Positions 21,120 through 30,187 of a stretch of DNA of 64,000 bases are shown here, in pieces. A model generated the notes under the pieces. The model did no database searches. It saw nothing but the letters and a program-made list of their open reading frames with translations, and was not told the DNA's origin. Source of the stretch: an uncultured bacterium (GTDB taxonomy: Bacteria > Babelota > Babeliae > Babelales > RVW-14). A program made the translations under genes and the position numbers. The stretch spans positions 96,001 through 160,000 of the forward strand of contig CAVXAT010000001.1 of assembly GCA_963759805.1 (NCBI GenBank). Reading direction: 5' to 3'. Each line of letters begins with the position of its first letter. Positions within the stretch are counted from its first letter, which is position 1.

Positions 21120-23300
21120 TTATTTAGTGTGATGTTGTCTTGCTCTTCTTTTTGTTGGAGGTTCTTTTTTTATCTGATGTTCTTCAAGAACACGTTTTAA
21201 TGCTCCAATCTCTTGAACATCTGTTGGCTTGCGCGTTTTTTGGGCAAGCATATCAAAAATTTGTGTAAGTGATGTTGCATGGATAAGTCCTTCGGATTTC
21301 AAGCCCAAGTTTTCAATTATATGATCAAAATCCTCCGGTTTTTTAAGTTTAGAGAATGATAAATTGGTTACGTCTTCTTTCAGCTTGTCGCGTTTGTGCT
21401 GGAATGTAGTGGATTCTGATGATATTGTTGCCATGTCAGTAACAGGGGGCACGCTAGTAGGTGTTGCACTAGTAGATGCCAAGTCGGGTTCCTCGCTAGC
21501 GCGGCTCGCGTTTTCTTTTAGAATATATATAGTTCCGGGCAATTTTCCAAAAACCATGAAATTGAAATTCGTTTGCGTTCCACTTGTCAGATCGTTGCAG
21601 ATAAGTTTTTTGAATAACCAAACTTCCATGTATGGGCTTTTGAGTTCCAGAAGAGAGTATAGGAAATTTTGAAAAATTCCATTAACTGTAACAGATTCAA
21701 AATAATGAATTGATTTGTAATTTGCAGGGACAACGAGTTGCTCTTTCCCATCAATTACAAGTTTTTCCCATTGCGGTGGTTGTAGCGACACAAGTCTTGT
21801 ATTATCAGAAAGTTTAACGTTTACGCTTATGCGCGATGGATAAACCATGAGGCACAATTTTGTTTGTGCATCAATTTCTTTGTTCTCAAATTCGTACGCT
21901 TTAGCTTGTGCACTTGTTAAAATTTGGATGCGATCATCAACATTCAATGCTCCAAAAACTCCTACCTTTGGGATATAAATAAAAGGCTGTGTATTGCCTT
22001 CAATTGTTTCATACCCTACCATACTTCGGATTAATGTGAGTAGCGGATCTTTTGAGATTTGTGCAGCTCTTTTTGTTTTATCTGTGAAAATTGTTGTGTC
22101 TGTGAAAAACATTTTGACTGTTTCAAAAAATGACGCAAATTTATAAACATAATTAAATATTATATGATGAGATGGTGTCAGAAATAATTCTGGATAATAT
22201 TGTAAGCCCACGGGTTGATCTCCTGTACCATGAGCAACCGCAAAAAAATTGGCGTTCAAGTCATTAAGAGTTTGACGCACAAGCTCTTGATTATAGCCAC
22301 CAGCAAAACATGACATGTAAAATAAGAATAATGTATTTACGCCTCCGGACTCTATTTTTGATTCACCCGGCTTCGTTTTTGATCCACCATTTAAAAATGT
22401 GATAAATTTTTTAAAATTATCAAATGAAAAACCGGCAATTCTAGCCTTTGTACTTACAGCCGCAAAATCATTGCCACCCATGTGAGCAGGAGCTCCACTT
22501 CCAACAAGATAGATATCCCACCAGTTATTTGGTTCTTGCGTGTTTGATATAAACATTTTTTTAATAATACTTAACGCTTCTGATTCATTCTCAGATATAG
22601 GATTATAACGTTGTTTTTCAACGATGTCAGACAGATGGTTGTGCAAGGCTTTAGCTTGATCAATATCCGTCAGATTTTCAGAAATTGGCTTGACGAAATT
22701 TGGATCAAAGCCACAACTTATATTTAGATATGTTTTAGGAATAAGTAGAAATATTTTAGATTCGGGATCAGATAGATAAAACCATTTATCTTTATTTAAT
22801 AAATAAGAGACAGAGAGAAGAACGGCGTCATCTTTAAACATGGTAAGATGCTCTTCTATTTCTCCAAGCGACTGTTCTGTTACATCTGGTGGCTGGGGGG
22901 TATCCGGATGTAAAATGGCAATATCTTTTTGAGCCAGCTCCAGTTTCTCCTCAAGCAGTGCATAATGAAGAAATGCTACAAGCGTGTTTGCGCTAACAAT
23001 AATTGGTGCTGCTGCCTGATCAAATGCCATAGCAAAGTCAAAAAGTGTTGCATCCATCGCTTCATGATGTTCTTCAGTCTGTGGTATTGATGGTGCATCA
23101 AATTGACTCTTTTCCCCAAACCCCGGCAGATTCATAATCATTATTAAGTTTTTTATTTGTCGCTGATCTTGTGCTATTTCAGCAGATTCGGAGGTTGAGG
23201 TTCCATTCGTCAAAATTGAGCGGATTCTTAATCCCATGATTATAAAAACCAAGCCCAGGCCTAATAATAAAAGCAGATTTTTGTTAATAAACGACTTCAT
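21120..23300 (-). CDS. Hypothetical membrane-anchored protein, possible degenerate clan CD protease-like domain
   Basis: N-terminal TM; WDIYLVGSG and LFYMSCFAGG segments. Confidence 0.6.
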   Translation of the reverse strand: MKSFINKNLLLLLGLGLVFIIMGLRIRSILTNGTSTSESAEIAQDQRQIKNLIMIMNLPGFGEKSQFDAPSIPQTEEHHEAMDATLFDFAMAFDQAAAPIIVSANTLVAFLHYALLEEKLELAQKDIAILHPDTPQPPDVTEQSLGEIEEHLTMFKDDAVLLSVSYLLNKDKWFYLSDPESKIFLLIPKTYLNISCGFDPNFVKPISENLTDIDQAKALHNHLSDIVEKQRYNPISENESEALSIIKKMFISNTQEPNNWWDIYLVGSGAPAHMGGNDFAAVSTKARIAGFSFDNFKKFITFLNGGSKTKPGESKIESGGVNTLFLFYMSCFAGGYNQELVRQTLNDLNANFFAVAHGTGDQPVGLQYYPELFLTPSHHIIFNYVYKFASFFETVKMFFTDTTIFTDKTKRAAQISKDPLLTLIRSMVGYETIEGNTQPFIYIPKVGVFGALNVDDRIQILTSAQAKAYEFENKEIDAQTKLCLMVYPSRISVNVKLSDNTRLVSLQPPQWEKLVIDGKEQLVVPANYKSIHYFESVTVNGIFQNFLYSLLELKSPYMEVWLFKKLICNDLTSGTQTNFNFMVFGKLPGTIYILKENASRASEEPDLASTSATPTSVPPVTDMATISSESTTFQHKRDKLKEDVTNLSFSKLKKPEDFDHIIENLGLKSEGLIHATSLTQIFDMLAQKTRKPTDVQEIGALKRVLEEHQIKKEPPTKRRARQHHTK

Positions 23301-23327
23301 AACAGCTTCCCCTTCGTAGTATTAATG

Positions 23328-24128
23328 CTACATTCTAACATTAACCATGTTTCCGGACTCGTAACGTCGCAGTCCGGCTTTAAAGATTTTGTGTGAAATA
23401 AATGATGAGATGACGCAGCCGCACACAAGAATTATCAGATTCAGCACAGAAAAATTATTTACCAATCGTGCAGGCAAAGTAACAACAAAAAATGACGGAA
23501 TAACCGTCATAAGAATGTATTTGAATGGGCTTGGAAATATGCTGAACGGATAAGGACTTACAATTGCCAGCAGGTGTCTGACTGCGCTGGCCCCTTGATC
23601 AAATCCTCCAATAAAAAATGAGATTGATTGAGTAGCCACAAGAAAGTTAAACAGTAAAACGATGCTGAAGCACGATGCAAATAAAAATAACAGTACTTTT
23701 GATAGATCCATTGGACTTGAGTAGAGAAAAAATAAAAAACTCAGTACAACTGAACCTATCGAGCTTACGTCTGATTTACTCACTGCAACGTGCCATAAGA
23801 TAGGCTTGGGGAATGAAATATAGTAATCCAAATTTCCGGCATTAATTATTTTTGATAAATCACTTACTCCCCCAACAAAAATATCTAAAACTGAAAGACT
23901 GAATAAATAAAGCGAGTAAACCAACATTAGATCTTTTGATGTCCATCCACCAACCATTGGAAATTGGTTGAAGAAAATGGTCCAGATAAAAAATTGTCCG
24001 CCGAAAAATATCACAGTTCCCAAAACATAAAGAAAAAAACTAAGACGAAATGATAGTGCTGACGAAAAATTTGCAAGAAAAATACGCCAGCTAAGTTTTA
24101 TATATTTAACCGCCACTGATAACCACAT
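23328..24128 (-). CDS. ABC-2 type permease
   Basis: Six TMs, GGWT, GNLDYYISFP, GLRRYESG. Confidence 0.88.
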   Translation of the reverse strand: MWLSVAVKYIKLSWRIFLANFSSALSFRLSFFLYVLGTVIFFGGQFFIWTIFFNQFPMVGGWTSKDLMLVYSLYLFSLSVLDIFVGGVSDLSKIINAGNLDYYISFPKPILWHVAVSKSDVSSIGSVVLSFLFFLYSSPMDLSKVLLFLFASCFSIVLLFNFLVATQSISFFIGGFDQGASAVRHLLAIVSPYPFSIFPSPFKYILMTVIPSFFVVTLPARLVNNFSVLNLIILVCGCVISSFISHKIFKAGLRRYESGNMVNVRM

Positions 24129-24930
24129 TTTTCACTCCAAATTTAAAAAATAATCTAGCTATAATCAACATCATAATCAGCCAAAAAATTTGTAATCTAA
24201 GATAGAAAAGCAGATCGCTTTGTTGGCATCCAACAATAATTCTGGCTGCGCCGTAAACAACGTTTGAAAAAGGCATAAGAAGTATAATTTTTTTTATTGC
24301 ATGGGGGAAAAATGCAACAGGAACAGCTGCACCGCCTGCCACAACCATTATTTGCATATAAATCCAGCGTAATGGATCAACGGGACCAATCCAGAAAGCA
24401 CACAGCCCTATGCAAAATTGGATTAAAAAACTTATTACTATTCCAACGAATAACATTGTTGATCCAAGCAACAGAGCACTTGCTGAAATTTTTGGCAGTC
24501 CAACAATAAAGTATAAAAAAGCGCCGGTTAGCGATCCTCCAAAAATAATTGATGGCAATCTGGAACCTAAATGTTGGGCAAAATGAAAGATAGCGTAAGA
24601 GTACGGTCGATTAAGCTGATATGCGATTTGTCCTGAAAGAATTTCATCGTTCAACGCGTGAGAGACGCCTTTTCCACGTTCTCCGGCAAAAACGTTGGCA
24701 AAAAATATAATCCACATTACTTGGGCAAGCGAGAGTTTTTCTATCGGGGTTGATGGTGTGATTGCTGCCGTTGCTCGATGGAGAAAAAACAGTATCGAAA
24801 ATATAAAAGTTAGAAGCAGTACTTCACTTATGATATCGACCGGATAGGCCATTTTATTTGCAAAGTTAATTTTTACAATGGCCAGATATTTGCGTAACGA
24901 TGCATAAATGCTTTTTGTACAGATCTTCAT
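24106..24930 (-). CDS. ABC-2 type permease
   Basis: EILSGQIAYQLNRPYSY, multiple TMs, ends VISGG. Confidence 0.88.
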   Translation of the reverse strand: MKICTKSIYASLRKYLAIVKINFANKMAYPVDIISEVLLLTFIFSILFFLHRATAAITPSTPIEKLSLAQVMWIIFFANVFAGERGKGVSHALNDEILSGQIAYQLNRPYSYAIFHFAQHLGSRLPSIIFGGSLTGAFLYFIVGLPKISASALLLGSTMLFVGIVISFLIQFCIGLCAFWIGPVDPLRWIYMQIMVVAGGAAVPVAFFPHAIKKIILLMPFSNVVYGAARIIVGCQQSDLLFYLRLQIFWLIMMLIIARLFFKFGVKNVVISGG

Positions 24931-25916
24931 TGCAAGTTACTCTGATATATTTGGGTTATAATCTGTTCCAACGGCGTATCGTGAATTGTGATATCCACGA
25001 TAGTAAAATGCTCAAGAGCGTAATCGAGTAATCGCTCAGTTGATCCGACAGACGAATCAATTTGGATTTTAATCGTATGTGGTGTTTTTTCAAGAATATC
25101 ACCGGCAGGAAAGGAGAATGTTTCAGTGGATTCCTCAAGTACAAGATCAATAACTTTTGATGCAGATATTGCCATTTTTAATTTTTCAGTTAAATCATCA
25201 AAAACTATTTTGCCGTGATTAACTATGATGGTTCGTCGAGCAAGTCGTTCGATATCTCCAACATCGTGTGATGTTAAAAAAATAGTCACGCCTTCCTCTT
25301 TGTTTAAATATTCAAGCAGATCACGCATCTGTTGTTTGGCGATAACATCAAGCCCAATGGTGGGTTCATCAAGAAACAGAATCTGAGGTCGGTGCAAAAG
25401 TGATCCAACCAGTTCGCATCGCATGCGTTCGCCTAGCGACAACTTACGAACGGGAGTTTTTATGATATCTTCGATTTCGAATTTTTTGACAAGAAAATCA
25501 AGCCGTGCAGTAAAATCTGATCTCTTTAGCTCATAAATATGTGATAACAGCTCAAATGTATCAAGTGGTGGCAAATGATACCAAAGCTGTGATTTTTGGC
25601 CAAACACCGTGCCAATCTGAAAGGCCAGCTCCATGCGATCTTTAACAGGATCAAGCCCGAGAACAGAAACTGTTCCCGATGTTGGATAAAGAATGCCTGT
25701 TACAATCTTGATTGTTGTCGATTTCCCGGCACCATTTGGGCCGATAAAAGCAACACAATCGCCTTTGGAAACTTGGAACGAAAGACAGTCGACAGCAATT
25801 TTTTGTTGATACTGAGGTGCAAAAAGTGATTTTAGACTGGCAAAAACTCCATGCTGTTTTTGAAGTATTAAAAAAGTTTTTGTTAAATTTTCAACTTTAA
25901 CAGCAGATATACCCAT
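24927..25916 (-). CDS. ABC transporter ATP-binding protein
   Basis: GPNGAGKST, LSLGERMR, LFLDEPTIGLD, LTSHD. Confidence 0.93.
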   Translation of the reverse strand: MGISAVKVENLTKTFLILQKQHGVFASLKSLFAPQYQQKIAVDCLSFQVSKGDCVAFIGPNGAGKSTTIKIVTGILYPTSGTVSVLGLDPVKDRMELAFQIGTVFGQKSQLWYHLPPLDTFELLSHIYELKRSDFTARLDFLVKKFEIEDIIKTPVRKLSLGERMRCELVGSLLHRPQILFLDEPTIGLDVIAKQQMRDLLEYLNKEEGVTIFLTSHDVGDIERLARRTIIVNHGKIVFDDLTEKLKMAISASKVIDLVLEESTETFSFPAGDILEKTPHTIKIQIDSSVGSTERLLDYALEHFTIVDITIHDTPLEQIITQIYQSNLQ

Positions 25917-26041
25917 ATAATATCCTCATGCTTTCAAATATATTTACCCAACCGGTAATGTATCACTTTTTAGATATGCGCGTCGAGATTTTGTTTTTTT
26001 AGGGAAATTAGCTTGTTTTTAGTCTATACTTGTTCGAAAAA

Positions 26042-26444
26042 CAGCAACTCCCGGAAATTAATTTTTGCTTTCAAAATAGGCTGTGAATTGATATGCAAGA
26101 TTCAAAATTAAAAATTTTTTTTGCAATATTTTTTTACCAACATAAGATGGTGTTAGCGCAGTGTTGCTTGGTCGTCCCGGCGGATGCCGGGATCCAGACG
26201 ATTAAAACAGTTCTAGGCAACTCGCAGAGGGCACGAATACTACATCTGGACCCCAGACTTCGCCCTTCGTGGCTACGTCGGGCAGGCCCGGCCTCTCTTT
26301 GAACTACGACGGACAAGCCGCTAAAACCCGCTCATAGTGAGCCTGTCGAACCACGCCGGGGCGACGTTATGGGAGCGTGCATTAAGCATTATTGAATTTC
26401 ATAACTCGCGTTAAATAAAACATTTTAATTTCCGGGAACCACTG
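26042..26444. mobile_element. MITE-like cassette (403 bp) with imperfect TIRs, 9-bp target duplication and nested REP-like palindromes
   Basis: Left CAGCAACTCCCGGAAATTAA; right end reverse-complement CAGTGGTTCCCGGAAATTAA; TTCGAAAAA at 26033-26041 and 26445-26453. Confidence 0.8.
26171..26365. repeat. Inverted pair of GTC-tagged REP-like hairpins; the right copy is interrupted by smaller palindromic units
   Basis: GTCGTCCCGGCGGATGCCGGGATCCAGA (26171-26198) versus TCTGGACCCC...GGC...CGCCGGGGCGAC (26245-26365). Confidence 0.7.
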
Positions 26445-26488
26445 TTCGAAAAAGTTTTTTTTGAGCAAGTAAGTTGGTAGAGATATTT

Positions 26489-26956
26489 ATGAGAACTTAC
26501 AGAATTTCAGCCGCAGGAATAATCCTGCACGATAATAAAATTTTACTTGTTAGATATAAAATGCAAGATGGTAGCAGTTTTCTTGTAGGTCCAGGTGGCG
26601 GAGTAGAGATTGAAGAGGATATGCCCCAGGCCTTGGTTCGCGAGGTTATGGAAGAAACAGGGCTTGATGTTAAACCCGGCAGGATGCTTTTTGTTGAAGA
26701 TCTGCTTTCACGCAAATATCGAATGATAAAAATATGGTTTCTTTGCACGGTTGTTGGTGGACGTTTGTCAAAAACCGAAGAAGCAACTGTTGAGGGAATT
26801 GTAGATGTAAATTGGTACAGCAAAGATCAACTTAAGAATGAAGTTGTTTATCCCCCGGCGCTTATGACGCCTAACTTGCTGGATTCGGATTGGAGTCTCT
26901 TCTCAGAAAAAAATTGGGAAACAAAATACTTGGAATTAAAGCAGGCCAATTTTTAG
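26489..26956 (+). CDS. NUDIX hydrolase
   Basis: Nudix box GGGVEIEEDMPQALVREVMEETG. Confidence 0.9.
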   Translation: MRTYRISAAGIILHDNKILLVRYKMQDGSSFLVGPGGGVEIEEDMPQALVREVMEETGLDVKPGRMLFVEDLLSRKYRMIKIWFLCTVVGGRLSKTEEATVEGIVDVNWYSKDQLKNEVVYPPALMTPNLLDSDWSLFSEKNWETKYLELKQANF

Positions 26957-26976
26957 TCTTTGAATGGTGGAAAAAC

Positions 26977-27023
26977 TTGCGATTATTGCGATTATTGCGT
27001 TTATTTCGAATTTTTGTTATATT
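26977..27023 (+). promoter_or_regulatory. Sigma70-like promoter overlapped by 9-bp direct repeats
   Basis: TTGCGATTA x2 + TTGCGTTTA; -35 TTGCGT 26995-27000, 17 bp spacer, TGn-TATATT 27018-27023. Confidence 0.55.
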
Positions 27024-27069
27024 AAGAAATAAAGAGTTATTGAAAACCGGTTAATAAAAAGGATGTTAT

Positions 27070-27540
27070 ATGCCTGCTCAGATGTTTCAAAACTTAGAAT
27101 CTATTACACCCAATGAAAAAGAGATCGAGCTTGCTCGAAAATCTAGTCGTATTCTATCAGGTGTTTCTTTAAAAAAGACGAAATCCATTGAGATTATGCT
27201 TGAAGAGGCTAAAAAACAGTGCAAAAGTATTACATTGCCTTTATCGGCATTCAAGCTTCTTATAACCATTTTAACAGAAATGGCAGAGGGAAATACGGTT
27301 ACATTGATCCCCGTACTAGTTGAACTAACAACGCAGGAAGCTGCAGATTTGTTAAATGTATCTCGTCCATATCTCATACAGTTATTAGAATCAAAAAAAA
27401 TTCCTTTTCGTAAAGTAGGGTCTCGCAGAAAAATTTTATTTCAAGATTTAATGCTGTACAAAGCTAAGACAGATGATGCTCGCCGTAAAGTCTTGGATGA
27501 ATTGGCTGCAGAAGCCCAAAAACTTAACATGGGATATTGA
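27070..27540 (+). CDS. Excisionase-family (HTH_17) DNA-binding protein, putative antitoxin
   Basis: ELTTQEAADLLNVSRPYLIQLL...IPFRKVGSRR; ends LNMGY. Confidence 0.9.
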   Translation: MPAQMFQNLESITPNEKEIELARKSSRILSGVSLKKTKSIEIMLEEAKKQCKSITLPLSAFKLLITILTEMAEGNTVTLIPVLVELTTQEAADLLNVSRPYLIQLLESKKIPFRKVGSRRKILFQDLMLYKAKTDDARRKVLDELAAEAQKLNMGY

Positions 27541-27545
27541 TTGCA

Positions 27546-28115
27546 ATGTCTAAACTGGTTGTAATCTATGACGCTTGCATCTTATATTCAGCACCACTAA
27601 GAGATCTCTTTATGCGATTGGCTCTTTCAGATCTTTATCAGGCTAAGTGGACTGAAGATATACATAAAGAATGGATTCGGAGCCTTCTTAAAAACCGTCC
27701 CGATTTGACAAAAGAGCGCCTAGAAAAAATAAAAGAAAAAATGGATATGCACGTTAGGGATTGTCTTGTACATGAATATAATGAGCTAATCGAAAATATA
27801 GTGTTACCAGATTCAAATGATCGGCATGTTTTGGCTGCAGCTATTCGCGCAAAAGCCCAAATTATTATTACATTTAATCTTTCTGATTTTCCTTCCAGGG
27901 TTACTAAGAAGTATGGAGTTGAAGCCAAGCATCCAGATAAATTTTTGTGCCACTTATTAGCCCTTGCTCCTTCGAGAGTTATGCGAGTAGTTCGAGAAAC
28001 AAGGCTTAGCTTAAAAAATCCCCCCAAAAGCGTTGAGGAATATTTAAATATTTTAGAACGTCAATTTCTTTCGCAAACTGTTGCATATCTACGAAATTAT
28101 ATCGATTTTATTTAG
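27546..28115 (+). CDS. PIN-domain protein (VapC-like toxin)
   Basis: VIYDACILYSAPLRD, EW, LPDSNDRHVLAAAI, ITFNLSDFP. Confidence 0.9.
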   Translation: MSKLVVIYDACILYSAPLRDLFMRLALSDLYQAKWTEDIHKEWIRSLLKNRPDLTKERLEKIKEKMDMHVRDCLVHEYNELIENIVLPDSNDRHVLAAAIRAKAQIIITFNLSDFPSRVTKKYGVEAKHPDKFLCHLLALAPSRVMRVVRETRLSLKNPPKSVEEYLNILERQFLSQTVAYLRNYIDFI

Positions 28116-28168
28116 GATCAATGCTTAAAAGGCTGTTGTATTTCAAATATCAGCTGGCGATGGATGTT

Positions 28169-29200
28169 TCAGCCGGCTCTGGATTTTATTGGTATACTCT
28201 TTAGTCCCGGTCTTCCTTTTAGATAGTTAAATTTCTCTGTATTCAACGTGGAGGCAAAGTCATTGAGAATAACAGTTAAATTGAGAGATTTAATCAAATC
28301 GGCGCAATCTTCCAATGCATCAATAGTCCAACGCCAATCATTGCCAAAGGCCCCGGCACCAAGAAATGGTATAACAATGATATTTGATGGCGATGCCTTT
28401 GTGCTGGCTTGCCTGCCGTAATTTATAGCCAACATTGCACCGCGAATCATATAACTAATATTAAGCCGGGCGTCAGGTAGCTTCTTGTTCTGTTTAGATT
28501 TAAGATCGACGGCAGAGACCAAAATTTGATGGATGAGCTGCAGGGATGGTTCATTAGTAAGTCTCAATGGAACGTGTGCAAAATTAGGATTATTGTGCAA
28601 CGTTTCTGTTAAGTAACCCAAGACAGGTTCATCGAAATGAATTCCTACTTTCAGATTGTCATAAATACCCGTCTTTGAATATTCATCAAACAAAGTTGTT
28701 TTGTGGCTGAGTAACTCATATCTTTTATCTGTCATCCTTTGGTATCCGGACCATGGCGTTGACAACACAGCCTCTTCGCCCTGCACGGCATGCTCACTGC
28801 ACAATGGTTGCATGCCTCCATGATTCATTGCTCCTTCCAAACAGTTAGCAGTTGAAGCAATAACAAATGTTGCCTTTCGATAATCTGTATTAGCTTGCAT
28901 TTTTGACCAAGAATTTTTGCTGTACTGAAAGATAATCTGTTCTGCGTGAGGCAATGGAACGGGTAACTTTTTTTGATTCTCTAAAAATTTAATAGTTTGA
29001 ATCGAAAAAGTTCCAGGGACTTTTTGATTTTTCTGCGCATAAGTCCAAAAATCTTTGGCCGGAATGCTATTTGGATGACGATACTGCTCTTCGGATGGCA
29101 GTGTCTGTCCATCAGAATCGAACGCATCGAGTGGACCAACAAAACCCAAAAACATGACTATTAAACAAAACCTAAAAAACAGTAACAGAAAGTTACGCAT
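28169..29200 (-). CDS. Secreted macrodomain-like protein, paralog-like to 2896..3726
   Basis: Signal peptide; ATFVIASTANCLEG, VQGEEAVLST, IVIPFLGAGAFGN. Confidence 0.55.
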   Translation of the reverse strand: MRNFLLLFFRFCLIVMFLGFVGPLDAFDSDGQTLPSEEQYRHPNSIPAKDFWTYAQKNQKVPGTFSIQTIKFLENQKKLPVPLPHAEQIIFQYSKNSWSKMQANTDYRKATFVIASTANCLEGAMNHGGMQPLCSEHAVQGEEAVLSTPWSGYQRMTDKRYELLSHKTTLFDEYSKTGIYDNLKVGIHFDEPVLGYLTETLHNNPNFAHVPLRLTNEPSLQLIHQILVSAVDLKSKQNKKLPDARLNISYMIRGAMLAINYGRQASTKASPSNIIVIPFLGAGAFGNDWRWTIDALEDCADLIKSLNLTVILNDFASTLNTEKFNYLKGRPGLKSIPIKSRAG

Positions 29201-29321
29201 AAAAACCCTTTCGAATAATGGACATACTTACATTTCCCAAAATGTAATATGCCTGTGCGGCAAAAGTACAGAATTTTAGACAAATTTTGTACGTAAGCTG
29301 TGTAATGCGTAATTCCTTTGA

Positions 29322-29861
29322 TTACTCTTGATGAAAATGCCTAAAATCTAAATCTGGGCAATCATCGGCTAGTTGCGCTGGATTTGCTTTTGCTGCAACT
29401 ATAAGTTTCTTAATTTGATCTCGAACTGTTGGCTTGAACAGTTTCTGTTCATCAATATAGGCCAATGCCTTGTCTAGAATAGTAATAAAACATGCATGTC
29501 GAGTGTCAATGGATGCCCCGCAGACTAAAAAAAATAGCACGGAAGTGCTTGGAATATCATCTAGTTGTAAGTGAGAATATATGTACTGCAAGTGTGCATT
29601 GACAGATTCTAATACCAACACAGGATTGGGTTGTTGGTTGAATTCTTTTTCTCGTAAAGCTAAGAAAATATTGAAGTAAGTGGAATAAAAGATATCAATA
29701 TGAGAAGCTCTGGCCTCGTCTGAGAAGGAACTGCGATATTTCTCTTCTTTTTTTAGAGCTTTGTCTCCAGTATTGGCAGATTGCTGCTGCATTGGAAATG
29801 TACAATTGGTTATTGTGATTAGTCCGAAAGTAAAAAAAACTACTCTTAAAATTTTATTCAT
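29322..29861 (-). CDS. Hypothetical secreted protein
   Basis: Signal-like N-terminus, 179 aa. Confidence 0.6.
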   Translation of the reverse strand: MNKILRVVFFTFGLITITNCTFPMQQQSANTGDKALKKEEKYRSSFSDEARASHIDIFYSTYFNIFLALREKEFNQQPNPVLVLESVNAHLQYIYSHLQLDDIPSTSVLFFLVCGASIDTRHACFITILDKALAYIDEQKLFKPTVRDQIKKLIVAAKANPAQLADDCPDLDFRHFHQE

Positions 29862-30187
29862 GAGTTGTTACTTTCGTAGTGATAAACACAGACATCATAA
29901 ACTTGCAAAATAAACTTAGAAATAAAAATACTGTATAAAAATACTGTATCGGGAACAATAACTGGAATAGGCAACAAAGTCAAATTGATTTTCTACTGTT
30001 GAAACCACGGGTTTTACCCTAGTTTTTTAACAAAATATCCACAACTAAGAGCCATAAAAACGGATTTTTATGCTTTTTAAGTATATTTTTGACTATTTGT
30101 ACAAAATTATTAAATTTAAATTATAGACTAAAGTCAGACAGTATTTGTTTAAATTTGGTGGTTATTCTAATTTTGGAGGTTATTACA

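Noticed and set aside
26093..26316. Two short overlapping ORFs (26093..26302 +, 26134..26316 -)
   Set aside because: They are translations of GC-rich REP/MITE sequence with no protein motifs.
27070..27540. Prophage or ICE excisionase
   Set aside because: No integrase or phage genes; HTH_17 paired with PIN is a TA-like arrangement.
29923..29948. 13-bp tandem TAAAAATACTGTA x2 resembling an SOS box (CTGT-N8-ACTG)
   Set aside because: Right half mismatches the CTGT-N8-ACAG consensus, the LexA motif of this lineage is unknown, and simple duplication explains it.
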